Shown piece after piece: positions 26,100 through 40,700 of a DNA stretch of 64,000 nt. A program made the position numbers and the translations under genes. The DNA is from Lenisia limosa. Taxonomy: Eukaryota; Protista; Breviatea. Under the pieces are notes generated by a model. The model saw nothing but the letters and a program-made list of their open reading frames with translations. It ran no database searches and was not told the DNA's origin. The first letter of the stretch is position 1. Every line of letters starts with the position of its first letter. The stretch lies in NCBI GenBank assembly GCA_001655205.1, contig LPNZ01009407.1, positions 2,135 through 66,134 on the forward strand, written 5' to 3'.

Positions 26100-29000
26100 A
26101 TGTACCCCGCTTTTCATAAGACAAGTGTCTCTATAAATGTGGGAAGTTTCATTCCGAACTGGCATCCCCAAGAACCACAACGTCAAGATGAACCCGTGGA
26201 TGAGGTTGTTCAACGAGTGTTGGATGAGATGACCAATGATGAAGGTTTGCAGTTCCCATATTTATATGTATTCATTTCCTTTTTTTTTTATTTCTCATTG
26301 CTATATATAGATATTCATTTCTGTTGTTGCTTGCCAGAGTACTCTATATAGTTGATACATATATATATATATATGTATATATATATATGCGCTTCACACG
26401 AAGTTTTTCTTATTAAGTTAGAGTTAAAGTTATAACTGACATATTTGGAAAAGTTAATATTTCCTTTTTCATCTATTGTGACTGGATAACTGCATTTTTT
26501 TTACTGTTAAATAGACTCAGAGTCCCTCCGATTCTATGAAATACTGATCCTGTAGTTGAGGCTGTATCCGAGGCAGTGAAAGAATCTTTCCCCCCGGTCA
26601 TCCCCGAAGTCCCATTGATACCCCACACTCCGTTTGTCCCCGAGCTGCCACACAAAGACCAAACCGCCCTGCAACACTCTTCCAATAGCCTCCTTCCGAA
26701 CAACGCCCAGAAGCTTGACATCCCCGACCCGCTGATATCACTCCCGTCGGCCCACCATCTCGAAGCCGTCCATCCCGACCACCATGTTGTGATTGACATG
26801 GCCCAGGTCCAGGCCGGGTATCTGGATGCGGTCCAGCCGATGGCGGCGACAGAAGCCGACCGCGTTGAAGCGCTTTTGTCCGAGCCGGCCGTTGATGCCG
26901 TTTGTAGGAGGGGTTTCAACGTCGTGTCGGTTGCAAACAGCCTGAATGTATCCATCATCCTCCTTACAATCGATATGATATCTTCCTGGTATTATGTTTT
27001 TTATCCTCCGTTCTTTTAGTAACTTGAAATAGAACAAAAACACGGTAATAGGGAAGGTAAAAGATGTTGAATTCAGACTGACTGTGTTTCCTTACACTGT
27101 AGTATTCAACACCATACCACCGATTGAGCAACCTTATTCAAGGAGGTTCCAAGGGCAGCAAATCGAACTTCTCCAAGACGTATGCCTGGGAAACTGTAAT
27201 ATATGTACTAATACCTTTTTGGGGCTTAAACTTCATTCTTTTGTGACTGTATTTAAAAAAAAACATGTAGCTCTATTATTATAAATACCTTTCATAATCG
27301 TGTTGATAATTGCTAAAGAGCTGTTATCTATTCAATCATCTTATTATTTACACTGAAGGAGGATGACACAGAGGATGACGATACTGAGGAAGAAGACAGA
27401 CCAAAAAAGTAAATCCTTTAAATATGTGATTACATTTAACCACCAGTGCACCTAAATTCAGCTCACAACTTCCCATCCCTCACCCCCTCACCGCGTATAG
27501 GCGAAAACGATTTGTGAAGCAGTTCGAAGGCGTTTTGCCGCCCCTTATCGCGCCAATGGCCCCGTTGGACACAACTCCGAAGAGCTTGTTCAAGAAACTC
27601 AAGCTTGAAAGTGACGACACCTACTCTCTCCATTTGTACCCTGGAGTCAAGTTCAACGACAGAGGATGGGCTGTAGGCAGGGTGGTACTTAGAATATCAT
27701 TACCAAGGATTCAGATTAATTTATGTTGAGACTAGAGTTCATTTGGAACTTTGAATCATGTTTTATAAACGTGGCAGATTTGTGGTGCGACAACTTCCAA
27801 GCAAACTCCGTGTCAGCGTATTGGAAAGTGCCAATTCCATAACACCGATCATAATGACATTAATATGAAGCTTCAGTATGCTGGGGAGACATATTGTATC
27901 AATAACATTTACATGTGGATGTATGTATGATATTGTACAATTATGTACGAATATAATGTTGTAAACAGGATTAAAAATGTGATATCGCTGGAGGTATTCC
28001 TTTGAAATGTGTGTATTGATATGTTTAATGAAATGATTGTCTTCTTTTTTCACCTTGTAGCGCCAGTACTGAAAACTCACAAGGTTGGTGAACGGAAGTT
28101 GAAAAGAGAAAGTATCACTTCGGCTTATCTGTTTGAGGTCAAGGAAGAAAATGTCTATCATACCTAAGGATAGAAAAGTGTATTGGATATTTTATCCCAT
28201 AAAAATATCATATCATATAATATCATTTATTTAGAGAGTATTATATGATATCATATGTACATCATATGCATATGTATTATGTACAAATACAGAGTATATA
28301 TACCTGGTCCGTATCATCATGATTAATAGACTAAAAAAAGTGGGGAGATATGCAATGGAAAAAGGAGAAATATAAAGGTGCTATCCCTGAATCTAACTAT
28401 TAACCAATGCATTTTGCTGACTGAATCTAGTTACCTTTAAGAAAGGCTGGTCAATTGAAGAGCATTCAAGGTTTTTGAAAGTATGTTCCCCAATTTAAAT
28501 GTTTTCTATATCTTCAGGTGGCTTTGGTCTGAACCTCCCTATATCGGTTCATATTTCTGAATATCATATCGATATGTATTAATATCTAGTATTATATACT
28601 AGATCTTATGTAATATATGCATTTATCTTCGATAGCTGACACTTTAGGGTCTTGAGATATATGGCAAGGGTAAATGGAAAGCCATTTCCAAAATCATTAG
28701 GACGCGAACCCCAGCTCAAGGTCGGTCATGAGTATATTCAAATATAATATTATTAATAGTATTACTATATACTCAAATTCATATCATTCGTTTAAACTTT
28801 CCACTCATCATTCTTCTGGTTTTCCTTTCGAAACTTTCATTTCTGATCATTCAGTGCAAAGTCACGCGTCAAAAGTAGGCAGTCCTTAAAAAAACACCTG
28901 TGTTTTTCCATAACATTTGAAGCCTTATCTAATATCTGTAGTATTTCCTCCGCGCAAAAATCACCAAGAAAACAAAGAAGAGCATCAACGACAACAACCC

Positions 29001-29417
29001 CCCACCACAAAACGCCAGAACCCACCTTGGACCTGTAGATATTGCCCCCATTGCAGAACTAGCTGGTACCCTTGCCCTTCCCAACCTCCCACAACCCCCG
29101 GACAATCTTGACAATACAGTGGTTGTTGAAACGGTCTTCGAAATGCCTCCAGCCGCCCCTGTTGAGACGGTTGAAGCAATCGAACCACCAGCGCCAGTAA
29201 TTGAACCTCCGGTTGCTCTTCAGGTGGGTGGGTCTCATTTCTCTATGCAAAATCAATTGTCTTTTTCATTTCGCCATGCTTGCCGCTTATTATCAAGGTT
29301 TCGAGTGCAGATACCGAGACGGTCACGCCCCTTCACCCCCATGGTCACGCGGACGTTGAGCAAGTGGTCGTGCCTGAAGCCGTTGTAGATGGTGAGATTG
29401 CTACCCAGGAGGATTGA
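26100..29417 (+). CDS. SHAQKYF-class single-repeat Myb transcription factor with low-complexity flanks
   Basis: Spliced Myb repeat KGWSIEEHSRFLK..IYGKGKWKAISKIIRTRTPAQ|VQSHASK|YFLRAKITKKTKKSIND (~28440-28990). An upstream exon encodes ICGATTSKQTPCQRIGKCQFH. Confidence 0.8.
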
Positions 29418-29682
29418 GTGAAGTTTCTTGTTTCGTTTCAGTATAGATGTTTTTCTTTCTATTTATTTATGATGTATATTATTGTTAGTGTCAAATGTTT
29501 GTTGGCTGTTAGATGGATTTTTTGCTGAACCCCTTTTTTGAGATATCTGATAACTCACCCAATCTTTTACCTTATCTGCACACACAACTTCTTGTTGAAT
29601 CAACATCATTCATAATAATAATACCTGGGGACAAAAACTGAAGAAGAAAAAAACTAGGCACTTGTGTTTCCAAAACCAAGGC

Positions 29683-32600
29683 CTAAGAAGGGGGTGCGGG
29701 GGCGGTCTGCTTGCCTAATCGGGCAACTTCGGCGCCAAGCTCATCAACCGTTGTTAGCAGGGTCATGTTTTTGAGAAGGATCTCTTCGAACATTGCCTGC
29801 AGAAATGAACAGTCACCAAAGCCTCCTCTCAATACCTGGTACTGAGGAGGCATTTCCGGGTGTTCTTGGGGGGCCGTCATTAGAGTTAGGAATCCTTTTC
29901 GTTTTGTTTGCTTGGATAGGGGGGCTGAAAGCGCTCCCATTTTCTCCTGGGAAGTGAAGTTAGTCATATGATGAGCCCATTGGTAATATACGCTAGGTAT
30001 GACAACTACTGCTTCATAAGTATTGTATTTTTTTAAAAAAAAAACTGAGCTAGTAAAAAAATCAGCCCTCCCAACCCTTTGGATGTAATGTGATATAATA
30101 GTCTTCTTGTCACATAGGTCTTCCTGGAGGGACTGGTTTGAAGACTCCAAAAAGATGTTCTAAAAGGTCAAGCAAAAAGAAGAGGTATTTGATTGGGAGT
30201 GGAGAGATATCGTATCAGGAAAACATCATTATTGTAATGGACGCAGAGAGAAGACCAGCTCAAACCTTTTCCTCCAGTCGCCACTTTTCGCTTTGTAGCG
30301 ATGCAACACGGTCAGTAAGACCGTTAACTTCGGACTGCAGTTGTGTCGGTGACGGCATCGACTGAGCAGATGAGAATGCAGAACCGTGAAACAAGTCTTG
30401 CTCCAAATGGTCGTAAAAAGAGTTAGCATCCCGATAATTGCTCGATTCATGTTGATATAATAAGGATATCAGAGTACATACTCATAGAAATACTTTTCTT
30501 TTATTTGGAAAGCACACTTGTGAGATGAGGAAAAGACAATTGCACCAACATCGGAACCAAGGTGGAACACTCTTGGAAACTCCATAAGTATTTCAGACAT
30601 TGTATGCTGGGGAGGCACACAGAAAGCTGTATGCACAGAGTTGTAAGGCAAATGATTGGGTGAATCCAATGTCTCTTAAAGCGTGATGGTGTGACGGCTT
30701 CGGCCAAATACAACCTTTTTTTTCTTTTCTCATTGCCATATATTTCAGTTATTGGACCCTTACCGGATCTGATGGGGTTACTGGGGTAGTAGCGATGGGG
30801 GATTGGACCTGGGTTGTGAGTATATCCAAAAACAATCAGGTGAAGTATGCTGTTTGAAGTGGACTATATTTCTTGAGAATAAAATACAATCTAGAATAGC
30901 TATCGATATGAGACACAAAAATAAAACAGATACAACTATGCCAAAAGTGACAAAATAAAAAAGCCAAAATTAACATCAGGCCAAAGCCATCCACACCAGC
31001 ATNNNNNNNNNNNNNNNNNNNNNNNNNNNNNNNNNNNNNNNNNNNNNNNNNNNNNNNNNNNNNNNNNNNNNNNNNNNNNNNNNNNNNNNNNNNNNNNNNN
31101 NNNNNNNNNNNNNNNNNNNNNNNNNNNNNNNNNNNNNNNNNNGATCATCAGAAGGGCCTTGCGCTGGGCAACCTTGAACTCTTCCTCTCTCTTCTTCATC
31201 ATTTCTTTGGCATTATTCTGGGTGTCTTCAATCTGGCGATCAGCATCTGCGGCCTTTTCTTCAGCCTGTTTTCTCAGATTATTGGCTTCTTCAAGATGAA
31301 CCTCCGCTGCCTCCTGAGCTCCAAGGGCAGCACTTGCCTTTTGCTGCTCCTCCACGACATGGGCCTTGGTCTGCTCCAACATTGCCATGACCTCTGCGTT
31401 GCGCGTGGCCTCATCACGCATTCCAGCCTCCAATTCATCACCGCGCGCCTGCTCCTTCTGAATTAGACCGCTCTGCTCATCCAACTTGGCCTGAATTGCG
31501 GCTAAACTGGCTGCATGGTTTTTCGCGGACGCTGCAATTGAAGACACATGACTCTGTTGGAGATCTTCAAGCTCCTTCTGCACGGTTTTCACTTCGTTCT
31601 TCATTGAGTTGACTGCATTATCCCTTTCCTCTACCGCCTCACGCAGGTCCTTAACCAGTCCCGTAGCTTTCTTTAGGTCCAACAACGCAGATTCCTTTTC
31701 CGCTTTCATTGGAGTCAACCTGGTCACTTCATCACTCAAACTCTCAACCTGTCCTAATAACTTCGTTTCCCGAGTTATTGCCTTCTGCTTCAACTTCTCA
31801 AGAGCCTGTTTGGCCTGTTCATCACGCTCCTTGAACTCCTCTTGCTCCGCCTGGATTGCAATTGCCGCAGCTGCTGAAGACGACTCATTTTCCTCCACCA
31901 TTTGCTTGACTATGCCCTCCAGCTCGCCAATTCTCACTTTGGCTTCCTTCAACTTCTCCTTGAGACTTGAAACCTTGTTCTTTGCTGCCGTGGCGCCAGT
32001 AGAGAACTCTTCTGCCATTGAGGACACTTCAGACTCCTTCTGAGTCAAGGCTTTTGCCATATCGTCGCGCTCCTTCTCCGCAGTAGCCAACTTGTCCTTC
32101 ATTGTTACAATCATCTCAGCGCTAGACTGAGCGTCGGACTGCGCTTGTCTTAATTTGGTCCGCTGTTCACCTTCACACAGCGCCGCGGCCTCAAGCTCGG
32201 CATTGGCAGCCTCAACCCGGGCAATGTACACCCGTGACTTTTCCATTTCGGCCTTGAGGTCGGTTGTGAGTTGACTGTTACGATCTGAAAGATCCAAGTC
32301 TTTCTTCCTCAGTTCCTTCGCTTCATTCTGAGGAGTGACTTACAAAAAACCACTATCTACCAGACCTATCGTGTCATATCAAAAAACACTATCATACATA
32401 TGATAGTATGATGCAGAGTAAGATTTCACATACTCTACATACTCTACATAAACTATTTGATATTTTTGCGTTGATTTGATAAGCCGCATACAAGTGATTC
32501 CTCGAGAGCTTCTTTGGTCGCCGAAATGTCATTTGTTGTGTCCTTTTGTTCACTCTGAATTTTATAAGTCCAAGACTTTCCTCAATTGAAATGAACAAAA

Positions 32601-35600
32601 ATAATCATTGGAAATCCTGATTCCTATTATTACGATCTTAACCAACCATTACAGTGGATAACTTCTCTTCACAGCTGCCAAGCTGCGATTTTAACAAAGC
32701 TATCTCCTCCTTCTGTTCCCTCATCTTCGACATTTCTCCCTCATTGGCGGCCTAGAGAGTCAATCTTCAAATTTTCCACAAAAAATCTCGATAAAGTGTT
32801 CATAAATAGAGACTACCTGTATATTATTGATACGAAAAGAGTATCGTTTGTTATGCAAAGGGATTTAGTTTGGATACCAACGTATTTTAAGTAATTTAAA
32901 TGGAAAATACACGATATTCCACAATCATGTTCAACAAATTCTACAGATAATAATCCTCTCCAACCTCAATTTTGGCCTCAAGATTTGAAATTGTGTCTTT
33001 CAAGTACGTAACTTGGGAATTGTGCTCAGATTCTGACTGCGCGATAGACTGTTTCAAAGACTCAATTTCTGACGTAGCCGCTGACTTTTCTTCTTCTCTT
33101 GCTGACTTCTCAAAGCTATACTTCTCCATCACTTCCTCTAAACTCTTTTCACAAACAGTCTTTTCCTTCTTCAGCTTCTTCATTTCTTTGTTCACTTTCT
33201 TTGTTTCTTCAACCTTCTTCTTCACTTCATCCTTAAGCGTAAGATTCTCTTCTTGGACCTCTCCTAGCCTTTCCTCTTTCCTCTTTAACTTTTCCGAAAG
33301 CTCCAAAAATCTTGTCTTCAAATCTACCTGTGCTTCTTGCGCACTGGTCAGATCACAGGATAATTGCTTTCTTTCAACTTCCATTACCTCTTCCAATCTT
33401 GACACAACCTTTTCTCTGTCGACATTTGCTGCTGCCTTCTGCGCTTCAAGCGCCTGCTCCATTTCATGTTGAATGGACTCGTTTCGACTTTCTAAACTCT
33501 CATTCAACGAGACTAGCTCCGCAACCCTGCTTCTCAGCTCCTCCGCCTCCGCACTCCTCTCCATACTCCCTGCTTTGGCGGCTTTCAATTCGGACTCCAG
33601 CGCGGCCCGGGCCTCCGCTGCCGCCGCCTCGTCATTATCAGCCGCCTCTACACTGGTCAACTTCGCCGTTAGGTCCTCAACTTGAGCCACCAGAATTGCG
33701 TTGCGCGTGTCAGAAGTGGCGTGCTTCTCCGTCAATGCCGATACGTTGGCGTTGAGCGTCTCTTCGTTGCGTCGACTCACTTCCAACTGCGATCTTAGAT
33801 CGTCCAATGTGTCTTTGGCGTCTTTTAGTGCTCCTTGAACGTCCGTGAGCTCATTGCCAGATACTGTACTTGCTACTGACGCCGAATGCAAGGATTGTTT
33901 TAAGGTAGTGATTTCACCAGAAAGGGCCTCCTTTTCGCTCTGAAGTGAGACAAACATCTGGTGTTGCTCTTGCCTTGATAGTTCAGCTTGGGTATGTTTC
34001 TTCTCTAAAGAGGCGAACGCAACTTCATGCTCCTTTCTAAGCTTCACGATTTCTGCCATTGAAGATCCGGTGGCGGTCTATAACGAGTCAAATAAATAGT
34101 TCGTGGTGTGTAAAATTCAGGACCATATCATTTGTGTGTGATCCATACCTCAAGTTCGTTTCTGAGGTCTTCAAGCTCCTTCAAATGTTGTTCAGCCTAG
34201 TTCATCGTCAATAATACTGAAAATAGCACAGTTTACAGTCTTGCCTCATAAAGAATTACTGGGTGTCTAAATATGAACCAAGTTTAGATATCAAATGCTC
34301 ATAAAATTACATTCTTGGGTTAATGTTAACGATCAAACCCTCGATTAAGTAGCAATCTCATTATTTTTACCATAATATATAGTACTAGTATATGATATCT
34401 CAAAATGTATCTTCATACCTCTTGTGATTTGGCAGCTATCACCGCTCTCAACTCTTCCTTCGTCTCCTCAAGGTTCTTTCTTGCTTCATCAACATCCTTT
34501 TTCAACTGACTGACTTCCTCTTCAACAAGCTTGCTTGCTAAATTGAATGATGTGAAGAAGGATTTTTTCAAAGCAATTCAAATCCTTCGATTCAGCCCCT
34601 CTTACCATTTAAATCCTGTTGGCATTTCAATAGCTTCGCTTCAGCTTCATCCTTGGAACTCAAAATCAAATCTATTTCAACCTAGACTCATAAGGAGAAT
34701 CAAACCAACTATCCACACGGATATACACACGATATTTCAACAGCGCAAAATATTTAGAGGTGAGAAATAAAACAAGGTTATATGGCCAAAGCCGCACACC
34801 ATCACGCTTATAAGAGATATTGGATTATATAGTATTATATGTTACGCAATTTCACGTAATAATAAGATATCATATGATATACTATACATCATTTATAAAA
34901 AAGTTATATTTCGCTATCTGAAATTTTCCAGCAAGTTTCCTGTTATATATTATCCTGTCACGTCTCTAAACCCAACAAACATTTGAACCTCCACCCCCGC
35001 CACAGGCCTTGAGGTTTTCGATTTCCTCCGCTTGGGCCTGATGGTTAGGTCAAGTGCTTCGAGTGGACAAGAATACGACTTCTAGTTTTACCACACATAA
35101 CACTTTTTATAAAAAATCCTACAATCAGTTGTTTCTCGACTTTCATTGAGTTTGCAGAGGCAACGGTCACATTTTGTCGTAAAGCAGCCGTCTAAATAGT
35201 TGAATCTGCATACAATGTAATGGTAATGTATCCCAATAGCCTTTGAAAAGAAGTTACAACCAAACCAACCAACCATTTGCTGGTGTTCTTCCCGTTCATT
35301 CCTAATGATTGTTTTGAGACTCTCTGTCTCCTTTAGTGCTTCAGCAAGACTTGTCTTTTGCTTGGACTTGCCAATAACCTCTGAAATGGTTTAACACGTG
35401 GATGATAGGCAACTGGTGCAGAAAAGTTTCACAAAATATAGGTTGCAGGTCGTGGTTAACACAAATCTATGTACATGGAATAGATCTGACAAAAAATGAA
35501 TTAAAAACCCACTTTGAGCCTTCTCAAGTTCTTTAGATGAAGCTTCATATGACCGTTTGAAGCGATCAAGTTCTGGGAATGTTACGACAGGGATTAATCA

Positions 35601-35790
35601 GCAGTCGCTTCCACCCACCACAATCAATAATAATATAAATATTGTGACACGATAGGGTGACAAAATCAATAAGAAGATACTTACCTGCAACGAATTTTCG
35701 ATTACGATCATCAACTTCATATTTTGCTGCCTTCAACTCTAGAAGCTGAGATTGGAGTTTTGAGAATTCCTCTATTGATATGGACGCCAT
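29683..35790 (-). CDS. GRIP1-associated protein 1 (GRIPAP1/GRASP-1)-like long coiled-coil protein
   Basis: N-terminus MASISIEEFSKLQSQLLELKAAKYEVDDR resembles GRIPAP1 (SEEEFQRMQAQLLELR, from memory). C-terminus KKTIISHYIQR...LQAMFEEILLKNMTLLTTVDELGAEVARL resembles KSKIIQSYI...LQAVLEDTLLKNITL. Large coiled-coil exons at ~31143-32330 and ~32950-34080. Confidence 0.75.
30473..30752 (-). repeat. Copy A of a dispersed intronic repeat family
   Basis: 30601-30750 aligns closely with 39445-39578 (GTATGCTGGGGAGGCAC..GAAAGCTGT..CACAGAGTT; AATCCAAT..AAGCGTGAT.GTGT.ACGGCTT). Patchy collinear matches extend left to ~30473. Confidence 0.8.
30945..31002 (+). repeat. Copy D (partial, truncated by an assembly gap) of the same repeat family
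   Basis: GGCCAAAGCCATCCACACCA at 30979-30998 matches the family block GG(C/T)C(A/G)AAGCCG(TC)CACAC(C/T)ATCACGCTT. Confidence 0.5.
34762..34832 (+). repeat. Copy B (partial) of the same repeat family, antisense to the host gene
   Basis: GAAATAAAACAAGGTTATATGGCCAAAGCCGCACACCATCACGCTTATAAGAGATATTGGATTATA matches the reverse complements of copies A and C. Confidence 0.8.
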
Positions 35791-35993
35791 TTTGAGGCTA
35801 ATCCTTTTGTTGCCTGGCGTGTTTCTGGCATATTATTGTAGTGGCATTTTGGTTATATTGTTCCTGGGGTTCCATCAAGAAAAAGGGATAATCAGACAAC
35901 CGCCAGCCAAAATCCTAACCCAATCCCACCAAAATCCCGCCGATCGCTACCATTTTTTTTAAACAATCTATTTCTCTTAATATCTAACAGGAA

Positions 35994-37538
<1,545 letters not shown>

Positions 37539-37718
37539 TGTACACTTTTATATATTGTTTAAAAAATATCTGGTTGACTCGATGCCGGCTCGGATTTCTC
37601 AGTTGATTTATTGATATTTTGAGAGGATTTAATAATACCCATCATTCTGATTTGTGACATCGAGGCACCCAACCCGGATTTTTTGAATAAGGAAACGTGT
37701 TATTGTTTTTTTCTTTTT

Positions 37719-40700
37719 TTAAAAAATAAAAGCCCGCCGTCTTGACACTGTAGGTTCTTGACCACAACATTTGCTAGGTTTTATGTAATTATGGTAGTTT
37801 TGATACTCAAATGTCTTCGGAGGTATTTCATTGAGAGGGAAAGTGGGGTGAAGGCTCGTCTCAAAGCCCTCCCGTTCACATTTCAGGCCATCGTTGAACA
37901 ATCATTATTATTTTTCCATAATAGCCCTCATGAAATGAATGATAACACCGTCATATCCCGCGATTTTGCAAGCATGGGAGTATCGAACACACCTGTTAGC
38001 AGCTTTGAGGTTACCAATGACGCCAGGGAGAAAAGGTGGTTTATGTACACACCACCAAGAGAATCACGTGAGGAGGCGCACCAAGGAAAAAAATTTGGGT
38101 AATTTACCAGNNNNNNNNNNNNNNNNNNNNNNNNNNNNNNNNNNNNNNNNNNNNNNNNNNNNNNNNNGCGGGGGGGGCGTTGAGGTTATTATACACGCAC
38201 CTCTTAAAACATTAGAAGACAAATACCATCAGTTAAGATTTATCAATAAACTCAGTACCAGTTGGGCTTCACTTCGGTTCCAAACAGACCGGTAAAATGT
38301 TTATCGAGAAATTCAATCTTTTTTTGAAGCCCTAACTACCAGACATCATGGTCAAAATCTATGGCACAAATAGTACATTACCTCACCTTAAAATACAATT
38401 AGAATACAACACAATGAAATCAATTACCCCGCCGGGTCGTCTTCAATGTCGATCCCCTGTGTCATACCACCCTAAATGAATCAGCCCAGATCACGCAAAA
38501 TGTATAAATAATAGTAAGTAGAATATCGTTCTAAAAGGCAAAATTACAGTAGTTCCCGATTGATAGACCTTCTGTACCCCCCCCCCTCTTTTTCTTGTTT
38601 CATCCCGGATAATACGGAAGGAAATCCTGGTATCCTCCTACATATTGGCTCGTGAAAAACGAACGGTGCTTGTTGGAGTCTTCCAATCGCTTTTCTTTGG
38701 AGAATCGGATCAGCTTGTGGACATTTAAACCCTCAGCAAGCAAAATAACACTACATGGTCAGTGAAGAAAGTGCGAAGTGTGGTCTTACTCTCCCGTAGA
38801 ATTGACAGTTACACCGAAAGGCTTGGGAATAGAAACCGGAAACCGGTTATCTACAGAGTAAGAGAATATTAGCACTCTGAACCACCAGAGGTTCACAGCT
38901 GAGCATGCGAAGCCGAGGAGTTAGTCCAGAGTGTATATTACGATACAGGATACTTAAGAATAGGCAAGAAAGGAGACAGGAAAAGAAGAAAGAAGATAAT
39001 ATCTAAGTGAAGAAGGTGATGTTCTGATTATAAACTTAGACTATTCAAGAAATCCCTGAATTGATCTTATACCAAGTGAATCCCTAATTATTGAAGAACA
39101 GAAGCGCCATACAGATGGGTAAAGTTGCAAAATAGGAAATATATGTAATAAGAAAAAAACTGTAAAAATAAATAAATATTTATCAAATTGGCATAATTAA
39201 TACAATCCCCCCTCCCCAACTGTATTGGCTGTTTTTAGTTGACTTCTCTGTACATACTACAACGCCATTATTCTATTTGGGTTAAAAATGAGCTGTAGAC
39301 TTGTGACGGCACATTGGACCAAAATAAGATGGAAATCGACACTCTTTTACCTCTATAATTGATACCTGAAAATTGCATATAATATATATCATATAGTATA
39401 TATATAATATAGCAATGGGAAATAAAAAATAAGGTGAACAATAGGTATGCTGGGGAGGCACGCGGAAAGCTGTGTACACAGAGTTAATAACACTATAATC
39501 CAATATCTTTCATAAGCGTGATAGTGTGGACGGCTTTGACCAGACACAACTTTATTTTTTATTCCCATTGCTATATATCATACAACATAACAATAATGGT
39601 CATCTCTAATTAAGAGGCACTCGTCCTTGTGCCATTTCATTCCTCAACAACAACGAAAGAAATAACACTAAGACTGAAATATTAAGACGGTGTTCGTTCC
39701 TACGTGTGTTGTGCGGTGGTGGCGGGTGGGGGTAAGGGAAGGGGCGGAGTAAAGATGGAAACAAAATAAACTCTTTTTCTTTTTTGATCAACTTGCTAGG
39801 TTTAATGAGATTATCAAAAGAATGAGATATTCTGTGGAAAGTCATTAGTATGCATGCGCTCCAATATTATCTGCTTGACTTGAAGCAATGAATGCCAACA
39901 TACTGCAAGCGGTGCAATGAGAGCCTCACATGTCTTTGAAGCAGCAATCGCACCCTTGACTCATCATTACCAAAAACAAAAGGGGGGGGGGATGGATTAT
40001 TTTGATGATTCCTCGATTAGCATTGATTTTTATTGAAGTGAAGAACCCCTACGCCCACTGGGAAAAGAACCTGGGTTTTCTCAGTACCGAGTACAGACCA
40101 TGTCCCCTCTACTGAAACCTGAAAAGTAAGACTACACAATGGAACACAAGTAGGGCTTCATTTCGGTTCGAAAAAACCTGAGAAAATATCGCCAGTTGCC
40201 GAGGATTTGGACAAGAAATAGAGCACAATAGTGCGTATCATCACCATAGTCAGTCATAAGTTAGAGGAGAACAGGTGATTAATTTCTTTCAACGTTCGAG
40301 GCGAGAGTCAAACCTTATAAAGGAATGACATATGTACAGTGGAAACAGCAACAGTTGACTTGGAACAATCCACAGCCGTAACTGTGACGGTAAGAGCTTA
40401 GAGCGCCATTTCAAAATCATTTCGATTCCAAAAAGACTGAGTAACTATCATATTATTGTGGATTATCAATAAAAAGTCAAAAAAATATTTGTATCTATCA
40501 AAAAAAGAGCCTTCCTTTGAACAAAAGTATGGTTCTGAAGGACACAAGACCAACCAGTTTTTCCTAGATCCGCCATTATGTCTCCGCTGATGTCAAAGCC
40601 GCTTTCCTAATTTATGAGTTATATTATGTGTTTAAATAGTTTGCTTAGTATATGATATTGAATATCACCAATACTCCAAAGATATAAATCCGTTGAAACA

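Noticed and set aside
26473-26958. 161-aa minus-strand ORF (similar cases at 31609-32043, 32972-33472 and 51631-52113)
   Set aside because: These are antisense shadows of real exons on the opposite strand.
30936-34059. The two longest ORFs (453 and 372 aa) as stand-alone genes or transposon/viral proteins
   Set aside because: They are E/K/A-rich coiled-coil exons bounded by splice sites within the GRIPAP1-like gene, with no transposase or viral motifs.
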